Positions 21,638 to 30,427 of a stretch of 64,000 nucleotides of DNA are shown here, piece by piece (position 1 is the stretch's first letter; every line of letters begins with the position of its first letter). A program made the position numbers and the translations under genes. Source of the stretch: Campylobacterales bacterium (lineage in GTDB: Bacteria > Campylobacterota > Campylobacteria > Campylobacterales > QNZT01); assembly GCA_027023405.1 (NCBI GenBank), contig JALVVN010000024.1, positions 551-64,550 on the forward strand, read 5' to 3'. A model generated the notes under the pieces. That model did no database searches and was not told the DNA's origin. It saw nothing but the letters and a program-made list of their open reading frames with translations.

Positions 21638-22873
21638 ATGGGAGTTAAAACACTTTCATTTTTAGGCATAGTTACGAGTTCAGTATTTGTCTATATATGT
21701 ATCAATAGTAAAAAAGAGAGTCTCTACACATCTTTCAATCATACACCGGCTCATGCCATTAAACAATCTTCACCTAATATTCAAGCTAATCCGGCACCCT
21801 CTTCAAAAATAGCAAAAAAAGTGGTTGCGACACAAGAACCGGAATTTGCCTATATGAATACAGGTTCATCAACATTGTATGCTAAATTATCAGTAAAAGA
21901 ACAAAAACAATATGAGGAGAGTTTACAAAATTTATGTGGTAAAGGTTGTAAAAAAGATATCCATTTTTCAGAGAAGATAAAACCGTTTGCAGAGATTGGA
22001 ACAATTCTGGGTTTGGTTCAGATGGGACAAGAGAGAAATATATCAGATCTTTCCACAAAGCTTTATCATAAAAAGGTGGAATTATCAGGTATAGCGCATT
22101 CACATGAGGATATTGATCAAATTGAATCACAGTGCCAAAAGCTACGAGATGCGAATTATACAGTTTTAAATCAAATACATTTAGCACCCGTTGTAAAAAC
22201 GATTGTGAAAAAAGAGGTCATCACAAACCAAGCCGGTAAAAAAATGAATCATCAAACTGATGATACCAATCATAGTAAAGAGATATCAACAAAAGAGAGA
22301 ACTAAAAAAGTAGAAAAAGTTGTCGTGAAAGAGGGAAAAAGCAATAAGAAGATTGAAATCAAATCAAAACTGCCTAAAAAACAGATACAAAAGAGAACGA
22401 AAATTCACAAAAAAATAACAAAAAAAGAGCATCACAGAACAATAAAGCCGATAAAAAAGATTGAAGATGTAAAAGTAGAAGATCAGCTTATTATTCCGGA
22501 AGAGAGCAATGGATATGATGAAGCAAACAGTAGAATAGACGGATTGCTACTAAACAATCCTATTGAGTTTAATCAAAATCAAATTTCACCGCAGAGTCGT
22601 CAAACATTGGATGAGATTGCAGATATTATTCGAGCGCTTCAATATATGAAAGCCCAAGTTATGATTAGAAGTTATACGGATGCTTCATTGGGAGATAGGA
22701 TAAGCAAAGAGGTCAGTCAAAAAAGAGCTGAAGCAATCAAGAATTATTTGGTAATACGGGGTGTAGATAGTAGCCGTATTAAAGCAGAGGGTAGAGGAGC
22801 CAGTGAATTGGTTGCTGAACCTGAAAGTATTGTCAATAATCGAATAGAAATAGAGATAAAGGAAGGTAGATAG
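21638..22873 (+). CDS. membrane-anchored protein with a C-terminal OmpA/MotB-like peptidoglycan-binding domain
   Basis: 411 aa: N-terminal TM (LSFLGIVTSSVFVYICI), a Lys-rich low-complexity centre, and a C-terminal OmpA-like domain (IEFNQNQISPQS...SYTDASLGD...SQKRAEAIKNYLVIRGVDSSRIKAEGRG...NNRIEIEI). Confidence 0.75.
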   Translation: MGVKTLSFLGIVTSSVFVYICINSKKESLYTSFNHTPAHAIKQSSPNIQANPAPSSKIAKKVVATQEPEFAYMNTGSSTLYAKLSVKEQKQYEESLQNLCGKGCKKDIHFSEKIKPFAEIGTILGLVQMGQERNISDLSTKLYHKKVELSGIAHSHEDIDQIESQCQKLRDANYTVLNQIHLAPVVKTIVKKEVITNQAGKKMNHQTDDTNHSKEISTKERTKKVEKVVVKEGKSNKKIEIKSKLPKKQIQKRTKIHKKITKKEHHRTIKPIKKIEDVKVEDQLIIPEESNGYDEANSRIDGLLLNNPIEFNQNQISPQSRQTLDEIADIIRALQYMKAQVMIRSYTDASLGDRISKEVSQKRAEAIKNYLVIRGVDSSRIKAEGRGASELVAEPESIVNNRIEIEIKEGR

Positions 22874-22875
22874 AG

Positions 22876-23880
22876 ATGAGCATGGAAGAGTTAGTAATGA
22901 AAATGCTGTTTTGCCTATTGGCAGCACTATTGATTGGTTTTTTATTTGGATGGTTGATTACACGGGCGATGGCGAAAAGTCGCTATGAAAAAGAGTTAGA
23001 GAAACTTGAAAACCATCTTGATGATAAAGAGATGGAGATAGAGGGACTACACACCGAGATCAAACAACAGAGTTTACACACACAAACATTAGAAGATAAG
23101 TTAAATAAACTCACACAAGAGCATACAGTGCTTCAAGAAAAATATAAAGTCAAAAAAGATGAACTTGAATCACATTTAGCTCGAATCGATAAAAAAGATC
23201 AAGTTGTTAAAGATTTAGAACAGAAAATAGCGCTATACGAATCTAAAATAGGGATACTTGAGGCAGAGAATCGAAAAAAAGCCGAGCATGTAACAGAATT
23301 AGAAAATGACTACAACAGTTTGCGTGAAGAGATCGGAAGATTGCAACGAGAGCAAAATGAAAAAGAGCAAGAACTCAAAGAGATTGGTGGCCTCAAGGAG
23401 AATTACGAACAACATATCAAGCAGTATCAAGAGAAACTTCAACAGGCAGAAGCGCAACTTAAAGAGGCATCACAAAAGATACAACTATTAGAATCCACTA
23501 AAAATAGCCAATCGAAACTGCTTGAAGAGGCACAAGCGAGAACAAGTGAGGTAAAAAGAGATGCTCAAGAGATAGAGCAACTCAAAATAGAGATAGAAAA
23601 TCTCAAGAAAAAAGCATCACAGCTAGAAGAGAATCTTACTTCAGAACGAGAGAAGATTCAGCGCTATCAGGCAGAGATTAAGACCAAAGAAAAAGAGAAG
23701 AGTAATCTTCTTTCTCAAATAGAGTCACTTGACTCTAAAATTGCTAAAAATGAAGAGAAAAATTATTTGATAGAAGATTTGAAAAATGGCTTGACTGAAA
23801 ACAGTGAAAGAGCGACTCATGATGAAAAAGAGGGTGGCTTGATAAAATTTGTCAAAAAGGTATTTGAGAAAAAAAGTTGA
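22876..23880 (+). CDS. membrane-anchored long coiled-coil protein (hypothetical)
   Basis: 334 aa: one N-terminal TM (MLFCLLAALLIGFLFGWLI) followed by about 290 aa of E/K/Q/L-rich heptad-like sequence. It starts 2 nt after the OmpA-like gene's stop. Confidence 0.6.
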   Translation: MSMEELVMKMLFCLLAALLIGFLFGWLITRAMAKSRYEKELEKLENHLDDKEMEIEGLHTEIKQQSLHTQTLEDKLNKLTQEHTVLQEKYKVKKDELESHLARIDKKDQVVKDLEQKIALYESKIGILEAENRKKAEHVTELENDYNSLREEIGRLQREQNEKEQELKEIGGLKENYEQHIKQYQEKLQQAEAQLKEASQKIQLLESTKNSQSKLLEEAQARTSEVKRDAQEIEQLKIEIENLKKKASQLEENLTSEREKIQRYQAEIKTKEKEKSNLLSQIESLDSKIAKNEEKNYLIEDLKNGLTENSERATHDEKEGGLIKFVKKVFEKKS

Positions 23881-23987
23881 TTTTAGTGTATTCTTAAGAG
23901 TACTCTAATTTTTATGTGGTAAAATCACGCACTAAAAAATATAATAAGACTCTTGTTATCTTTATGCAGGAGCAGTGAGGAAAAAAT

Positions 23988-24188
23988 ATGAAAAAAGATA
24001 TTCATCCGGTTTATATGGATTGTAAAGTGACTTGCGCATGTGGTAACAGTTTTGAGACACGGTCAAATGTAGAAGAGATGAAGATCGATATCTGCAATGA
24101 GTGCCATCCCTTCTTTACCGGTAGTCAAAAGATTGTCGATGCGACCGGTCGTGTTGAGAAATTTAAAGCGAAGTATAACCTTAAGTAG
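23988..24188 (+). CDS. rpmE: 50S ribosomal protein L31 (Cys-containing, zinc-ribbon type)
   Basis: 66 aa: [13 protein letters not shown]...[10 protein letters not shown]. Confidence 0.96.
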   Translation: MKKDIHPVYMDCKVTCACGNSFETRSNVEEMKIDICNECHPFFTGSQKIVDATGRVEKFKAKYNLK

Positions 24189-24197
24189 AACAGTTTC

Positions 24198-25013
24198 TTG
24201 CTCTATCTGATTCCAACACCGATTGGAAACTTAGAGGATATCTCGCAACGAGTTCTTAATCTTTTGCAATCCTCATCAATTTTCTTTTGTGAGGACACGA
24301 GGGTTGCGAAACGATTACTCTCCCTTTTAGAAGAACGCTACTCCCTGACATTTTCATCCAAACAGTTTATCGCTATGCATTCACACAATGAGGAAAATCT
24401 CCTAAAACAACTTGATCCAAAAATTTTTGATAAAGATGTGATCTATATGAGTGATGCGGGGATGCCGTGTGTAAGCGATCCTGGTTGCAAACTCGTAGCC
24501 TACTGTCAAGAAAAGGGAATTGACTATGAAGTAATTCCCGGAGCAAATGCTGCTTTGCTTGCTTACGCCGCAAGCGGTTTTTGTGAAACATCATTTCTCT
24601 TTTTTGGATTTTTACCACATAAAGGAAGAGAGCGCAAAGAGGCGTTGCAAGAGGCACTCTTTTGTGGATATACTGCGATTTTGTATGAGTCACCTCATCG
24701 TATTGAGAAGTTGATCGAAGAGTTGGCGATAATGGTACCTGAACGGATGATCTTTCTTATCAAAGAGGCGACGAAACGCTATGAGACAAAACTCAAAGTC
24801 AAAGCATCAGAATTGATGAAAAAATTTGAAAATCTCAATTCCAAAGGGGAGTGGGTCGTAGTTATCGAAGCGCAAAAGAGAGTCGGTGGTACAATAACGC
24901 TAGAAGATATTTGCGCACTCGATCTTCCTAAGAAAGAGGCTTCCAAGCTTATTGCGAAACTGACAGGCAAAACTCCTAAAGCATGTTATCAAGAGTTAAT
25001 AAAGCGTATTTAA
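24198..25013 (+). CDS. rsmI: 16S rRNA (cytidine1402-2'-O)-methyltransferase RsmI
   Basis: 271 aa: LYLIPTPIGNLEDIS, CEDTR, SDAGMPCVSDPG, YESPHRI. TTG start. Confidence 0.92.
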   Translation: MLYLIPTPIGNLEDISQRVLNLLQSSSIFFCEDTRVAKRLLSLLEERYSLTFSSKQFIAMHSHNEENLLKQLDPKIFDKDVIYMSDAGMPCVSDPGCKLVAYCQEKGIDYEVIPGANAALLAYAASGFCETSFLFFGFLPHKGRERKEALQEALFCGYTAILYESPHRIEKLIEELAIMVPERMIFLIKEATKRYETKLKVKASELMKKFENLNSKGEWVVVIEAQKRVGGTITLEDICALDLPKKEASKLIAKLTGKTPKACYQELIKRI

Positions 25014-25054
25014 CACTCTAACCTAGCATTAACAAATTTTTAGTATGATATGGG

Positions 25055-25732
25055 ATGATAGTATACGGAAAACAGGTCGTTCTTTATATTGCACAAAAAC
25101 ACCCTGATCTTATTGAAGAGATCTATCTTGCAAAAGAGATAGACAAAAAGCTTTTTCATACTTTGAGTCAAATCGGCAAGAAGATGATCAAGCTGGACTT
25201 CAAAAAAGCGCAAGCTTTAGCAAGAGGTGGAAATCATCAAGGGTTTTTGCTCAAGATAAGATCTCTTAAGCAAGCATCGTTAGATCAGCTCAAGAGAGAG
25301 TCATTTTTGCTGATTTTGGTAGGATTGAGTGATGTCGGCAATATCGGTGCAATTATTCGTACTGCTTACGCATTGGGTGTGGACGGTGTGATTATTAGTG
25401 GGATTGCTTCGTTTAACTTGGAAGGCACTATTCGAACGAGTAGTGGAGCGGCACTTGATATGCCGATCTTGCACTACAAAGATACACTTTCACTTCTCAA
25501 TGAGCTAGGACAAGTTGGGTTTGAACGAATCGCTGCGGATATGAGCGGAGTAGATGTGACCCAAGAGCATTTTCGAAATCCCAAAGTGCTTTTAGTAGGG
25601 GCAGAGGGAGAGGGTATTTCCGCTAAAGTTTTAAGAGGATGTGATAAGATTGTAAAGATCAAAATGCAACGACCGTTTGATTCTCTCAATGTCAGTGCGG
25701 CAACGGCAATTTTATGTGATAGGATAAGATGA
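25055..25732 (+). CDS. TrmH/SpoU-family RNA 2'-O-methyltransferase (RlmB-like)
   Basis: 225 aa with SpoU motifs (DVGNIGAIIRTAYALGVDGVI; LLVGAEGEGIS; SLNVSAATAILC). Confidence 0.82.
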   Translation: MIVYGKQVVLYIAQKHPDLIEEIYLAKEIDKKLFHTLSQIGKKMIKLDFKKAQALARGGNHQGFLLKIRSLKQASLDQLKRESFLLILVGLSDVGNIGAIIRTAYALGVDGVIISGIASFNLEGTIRTSSGAALDMPILHYKDTLSLLNELGQVGFERIAADMSGVDVTQEHFRNPKVLLVGAEGEGISAKVLRGCDKIVKIKMQRPFDSLNVSAATAILCDRIR

Positions 25733-27111
25733 TGGAAGAGCATGAAAAAAATCGAAAGTCTAAAGATAGTCAGCAGAAGAGTCAATTAGACAAAGATGCT
25801 ACAGCGTTTGAAACAGAGAATTCAAAGAGGATAAAATCTGAAGCAGAACAGATTCAAAGTGAAAAAGCGATAGAAGAACAGCAAAATGAACAAAAGTCAA
25901 AAGCGAAAAAGGAACCTTTGGACGGTATTGCTCTTCTTAAAGAGATTGGCTTGAAAAATGTCTCTAATAAAACCTTTATCAATCTCCAAAACTTAACACA
26001 TCTGCTCAACAAAGATTTTGAAAAGCTTCACAAAACAAAGGCACTCGGATTTATTCAGATACTAGAACGCGATTTTAAAGTCGATCTTAAAGAGCTTCGA
26101 GAGGATTATCTCGCCTATCTTAACGGAGGAAGACGCATTGCTAGAAAGCATACGCTTTCCAAACCCTCTCAAACAAAGAGTACCTCCCCATCTTCATTAG
26201 AGTCAGAGAGTCCCAAAATAAAACTCGGACCAATTATTTTATTGCTTCTTGCAAGCGGTTTGCTCTACTATCTCTATCATACAGCCACAGATGATGAAGA
26301 GCAAATCGAAGTAGGAAATGCCACAACAGAAAATATGCAAATAGAGAGTCAAGATAGAGAAGATAGCCTGATTGCTGATGCAATAGAAGATGATGGAGAA
26401 CAGAAAAAGGCTAGTGACGAGAATAGTAGTGACGACGATCTTGAACTCAATAAAATTGTCCATAAAATGCTTAATCAGGAGAAGAGGAACGAAGAGAATA
26501 GTTCAGGAGATAGATCAATGTCAGCTATAAAGACAATGTACGCTTCAGAGATAGATTCTCAGGACACGCCTGTGATCAAAGAAAAGCCTGAAGATAAAGT
26601 GACTAATGAAGATGAAAAAGCGATAGCACCTGTCATTGAGAAAAATATACCTGATGAGAATATTTTAAACAATGAGAGCGAAACAAACTCAAGTGAAGAG
26701 TCATCACTCCCACCACTCTCTAAAATAGAGAATGGAACGGTTGAACAAAAAGAGTTAGAGAGCAAGAAAGAGGAGAAAATAGCTTCTCAGAGCAAGAAAA
26801 TAAAAGCACCAAAAGTAGACAAGGCGATAACACCGTCACTTAAAATCGTACCGATAGAGAAGGCGTGGGTTGGTGTGATCTATTTGGATGATTTGACGAA
26901 AAAAGATTATTTGATACGAAATGCATTGAAACTCGACCCCAATCGCGATCAAATTATTCTCGTAGGACACAACAAATTTAAGATCTACAATCACGGGAAA
27001 AATAAACCGTTTCACTCCAAAAAAATGGTAAGATTTCTCTATCAAGGAGGAGTATTACGGGAGATTGACAAACAAGAGTATCTCAATTTAAGCGATGGTG
27101 TCCGTTGGTAA
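25729..27111 (+). CDS. RodZ-like bitopic membrane protein (HTH-like segment, TM, acidic linker, DUF4115-like C-terminus); assignment by architecture only
   Basis: 460 aa. The cytoplasmic segment LLKEIGLKNVSNKTFINLQNLTHLLNKDFEKLHKTKALGFIQILERDFKVDL resembles the RodZ HTH region. One TM (IILLLLASGLLYYLY). Long D/E/S-rich linker. The C-terminal beta-rich domain is AWVGVIYLDD...ILVGHNKFKIYNHGK. Confidence 0.45.
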   Translation: MMEEHEKNRKSKDSQQKSQLDKDATAFETENSKRIKSEAEQIQSEKAIEEQQNEQKSKAKKEPLDGIALLKEIGLKNVSNKTFINLQNLTHLLNKDFEKLHKTKALGFIQILERDFKVDLKELREDYLAYLNGGRRIARKHTLSKPSQTKSTSPSSLESESPKIKLGPIILLLLASGLLYYLYHTATDDEEQIEVGNATTENMQIESQDREDSLIADAIEDDGEQKKASDENSSDDDLELNKIVHKMLNQEKRNEENSSGDRSMSAIKTMYASEIDSQDTPVIKEKPEDKVTNEDEKAIAPVIEKNIPDENILNNESETNSSEESSLPPLSKIENGTVEQKELESKKEEKIASQSKKIKAPKVDKAITPSLKIVPIEKAWVGVIYLDDLTKKDYLIRNALKLDPNRDQIILVGHNKFKIYNHGKNKPFHSKKMVRFLYQGGVLREIDKQEYLNLSDGVRW

Positions 27112-27920
27112 GAGCGCTTTTTATACTCATTTTTTCGGCACTATGGCTCAATGCCTATTCGATGGATAGGGAGATCAGTGATCTGATGGGTAAAAAACAG
27201 TATCAAACCAATCGCGGTTTGATAAATATCCTGATGAAAGATAAACACGCCTATCTCAAAGACGGCGAAGCTGATCTGCAAAAGATTACGAAGCTTCTTG
27301 ATGAGAATCACCTGCTTGATCTTGACTTCAAACATCTGCGTCACTTCAAACTCTCCTTTGCAACCAAACAGAGAAATGCGCTACTCTTTATTAAGATTGT
27401 CAAAGAGGTATTGGCTTCGGCAGGATACAGTCAAACACTCACGACTAAAGCGACGCGGGATGAGAGTGGGTTTTTGTGGGAGATAGAGTTGGTTGGTAGC
27501 AAGATGGTCGATCCCTATCTTTTGGTAAGCCAATTTCAAAAACGCGGAGCGATTATCACCCATATCAAACGAAAAGATAGGGCGAACTATCGTTATGATG
27601 TCGATATTTACAGTGCCAAAGTCAAGTCACTGACTCCACCCATAGGGAAAGAGGTGCGACTGCCCAAACCCCTACATCCTTACTGGATCGATATTTACGG
27701 TGCAAGAAAGGTTAAGATCGTCTCGATGGGAGGGAATCGCTGGCACCCCTATATTGTCTTTTATGATCGCAATCTAAAAATCGTCGGAAACTACACAAAA
27801 GAGATAAAAAGCTATAATATCACTATTAAGATACCAAACGGTGCACAATATATCAAGATAGCAGATCTCTACACCCTCCAAAATCTCAAACGAGGAATGA
27901 AGATCACCCTATTTAAATAA
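27105..27920 (+). CDS. secreted/periplasmic hypothetical protein
   Basis: 271 aa with signal peptide MVRALFILIFSALWLNAYS. TTG start overlapping the upstream stop by 7 nt. No motif recognised. Confidence 0.55.
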   Translation: MVRALFILIFSALWLNAYSMDREISDLMGKKQYQTNRGLINILMKDKHAYLKDGEADLQKITKLLDENHLLDLDFKHLRHFKLSFATKQRNALLFIKIVKEVLASAGYSQTLTTKATRDESGFLWEIELVGSKMVDPYLLVSQFQKRGAIITHIKRKDRANYRYDVDIYSAKVKSLTPPIGKEVRLPKPLHPYWIDIYGARKVKIVSMGGNRWHPYIVFYDRNLKIVGNYTKEIKSYNITIKIPNGAQYIKIADLYTLQNLKRGMKITLFK

Positions 27921-27936
27921 AAGTTTAGGAATAGAG

Positions 27937-29157
27937 ATGTTTGATGAAATCAAATTTAACACGATAGATAGATTGCCCAATTATGTATTTGCTCAGATTA
28001 ATGAGATCAAGCTTAGAGAGCGCCGAGCGGGTCGGGATATTATCGACTTTTCGATGGGAAATCCTGACGGAGATACCCCTAAGCATATTGTAGACAAGCT
28101 TGTGGAGAGTGCGCAAAAGAGTAAAACTTCAGGCTATTCGGCGAGCAAAGGGATCTATAAACTTCGCCTTGCGATTACCGATTGGTACAAGCGAAAGTAT
28201 GGGGTGCATCTCGATCCTGAAACAGAAGCGGTCGCAACGATGGGAAGCAAAGAGGGGTATGTGCATATGGTGCAAGCCATTACCAATCCCGGTGATGTTG
28301 CCGTCGTGCCTGATCCTGCCTACCCGATCCACACTCACGCGATCATCATCGCCGGTGGAAATGTCGTGAAGATGCCTTTTTCGTGGAATGAGAAGTATGA
28401 GCTGGAGGTGGAGCAGTTTTTTAACGATTTAAATAAGGCTATCAGAGAATCGATGCCCAAGCCCAAATTTGTTGTCGTCAATTTTCCACACAATCCTACA
28501 ACCGTGACGGTGGATCAGAGCTTTTATGATCGTTTGGTCGCTTTGGCGAAGAAAGAGCGCTTCTATATTATCAGCGATATTGCCTACGCTGACATTACAT
28601 TTGACGGATATCAAACCCCTTCGATCCTTGCTACCCCTGGGGCAAAAGATGTGGCGGTAGAGAGTTATACCCTCTCTAAAAGTTACACGATGGCAGGTTG
28701 GCGTGTGGGCTTTTTTGTAGGAAATCCTAAGCTCATTGGTGCCTTGCAAAAGATAAAATCGTGGTTTGATTACGGAATGTACACGCCGATCCAAGTAGCG
28801 GCGACAGTCGCACTCAATGGACCGCAAGATTGTATCGATGAGGTGATCCAAAAGTATCAAAAACGACGGGATGTACTACTAGAGAGTTTTGCCAACGCAG
28901 GTTGGAAGATCGACAAACCCCAATCGACAATGTTCGTCTGGGCAAAACTTCCGCCCCAAGCCAAACATCTGGGAAGCTTGGAATTTACCAAGCAGCTACT
29001 CACAAAAGCGGAAGTGGCAGTGAGCCCGGGGATCGGCTTTGGAAGTGGGGGTGAGGGGTATGTGCGTATTGCTCTCATTGAAAATGAGAAGCGAATCAGA
29101 CAGGCGGCGCGAAATATCAAGAAGTATTTAAAAGATTTAGAAAACGAGGCGAGATAA
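27937..29157 (+). CDS. class I/II PLP-dependent aminotransferase (AlaA/AspC-like)
   Basis: 406 aa: IDFSMGNPDG, FPHNPT, and the PLP-lysine region LSKSYTMAGWRVGF. Confidence 0.85.
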   Translation: MFDEIKFNTIDRLPNYVFAQINEIKLRERRAGRDIIDFSMGNPDGDTPKHIVDKLVESAQKSKTSGYSASKGIYKLRLAITDWYKRKYGVHLDPETEAVATMGSKEGYVHMVQAITNPGDVAVVPDPAYPIHTHAIIIAGGNVVKMPFSWNEKYELEVEQFFNDLNKAIRESMPKPKFVVVNFPHNPTTVTVDQSFYDRLVALAKKERFYIISDIAYADITFDGYQTPSILATPGAKDVAVESYTLSKSYTMAGWRVGFFVGNPKLIGALQKIKSWFDYGMYTPIQVAATVALNGPQDCIDEVIQKYQKRRDVLLESFANAGWKIDKPQSTMFVWAKLPPQAKHLGSLEFTKQLLTKAEVAVSPGIGFGSGGEGYVRIALIENEKRIRQAARNIKKYLKDLENEAR

Positions 29158-30425
29158 TGGTAAAAGTTGGAATTGTCGGAGTCGGAACAGTCGGTGAGAG
29201 TGTTGCAAATATTCTTGAGGCAAATCGTGATCTCATCACCGCTAGAGCAGGGAAGGAGATTACAGTCGTCAAAGGTGCTGTCTCTAATCTCAACAAAAAA
29301 CGCAATGTTTCTATATCTTTAACAACCGATATCGATGAGATCGTCTCTGATCCCGAGATTGATATTGTTGTGGAGTTAATGGGAGGTGTGGAGAAACCTT
29401 ATGAAGTGGTTACCAAAGCACTTGCCAATCACAAAGCGGTTGTCACGGCAAACAAAGCTCTACTTGCCTATCACCGCTACGATCTTCAAAAGATCGCGGG
29501 AGATATTCCGATTGGTTATGAAGCAAGTGTAGCGGGGGGAATCCCTATCATCAATGCGCTCAAAGTAGGGCTCTCGGCAAATCAGATCACCGAAATCAAA
29601 GGAATTATGAACGGGACTTGTAACTATATGCTCACCAAAATGATCGATGAGGGTGTGGCGTATGATGCAATTTTGAAAGAAGCGCAGGAGCTGGGATATG
29701 CGGAAGCAGATCCGACTTTTGATGTGGGAGGATTTGATGCGGCGCATAAACTTTTGATATTGGCATCTATTGCATATGGAATCGATGCCAAACCGGAGGA
29801 TATCTTAATCGAGGGGATCGAGTCTATTAACCAAGAGGATATCGCCTTTGCCAAAGAGTTTGGCTATGCGATCAAGCTCTTGGCGATAGCGAAAAAGGTG
29901 GAGGATGAGATCTCCCTTCGTGTCCATCCCGCACTTATTAAAACAGAGAAAATGATTGCCAAGATTGATGGTGTGATGAACGGAATCAGCGTTATTGGTG
30001 ACAAAGTAGGGGAGACTCTCTATTATGGACCAGGAGCGGGTGGAGATGCGACGGCAAGTGCGGTGATCTCCGATATTATCGAGATTGTCCGTGCGGGTCA
30101 AAGCTCACCGATGCTAGGTTTCAAAAAACCCTTTGCGAGTGAAAATTTGCGCTTGATGCCAAAAGAGAAGATTGCCAGTGAATACTACCTACGAATGCAA
30201 GTAGCGGATCAACCCGGCGTCTTAGCAAATATTGCAACGATTTTGGGACAAAACAGTATCTCGATCGATACTTTTTTACAGCGAACCGATGCGAATGATG
30301 GTACGGCTACCCTACTCTGTGCAACCCACGAAGCTAATGAGAGTGATGTGCAACAGGCGATTAATGCTATCGAGGCACTTGAAGTGGTGAAGCAGAGAGT
30401 GGCAATGATACGAATCGAGAGTTAA
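29157..30425 (+). CDS. hom: homoserine dehydrogenase (with C-terminal ACT domain)
   Basis: 422 aa: MVKVGIVGVGTVG Rossmann motif, VVTANKAL, GIMNGTCNYML, AEADPTFDVGGFDAAHKL, and ACT-like YYLRMQVADQPGVLANI. Confidence 0.94.
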   Translation: MVKVGIVGVGTVGESVANILEANRDLITARAGKEITVVKGAVSNLNKKRNVSISLTTDIDEIVSDPEIDIVVELMGGVEKPYEVVTKALANHKAVVTANKALLAYHRYDLQKIAGDIPIGYEASVAGGIPIINALKVGLSANQITEIKGIMNGTCNYMLTKMIDEGVAYDAILKEAQELGYAEADPTFDVGGFDAAHKLLILASIAYGIDAKPEDILIEGIESINQEDIAFAKEFGYAIKLLAIAKKVEDEISLRVHPALIKTEKMIAKIDGVMNGISVIGDKVGETLYYGPGAGGDATASAVISDIIEIVRAGQSSPMLGFKKPFASENLRLMPKEKIASEYYLRMQVADQPGVLANIATILGQNSISIDTFLQRTDANDGTATLLCATHEANESDVQQAINAIEALEVVKQRVAMIRIES

Positions 30426-30427
30426 CG

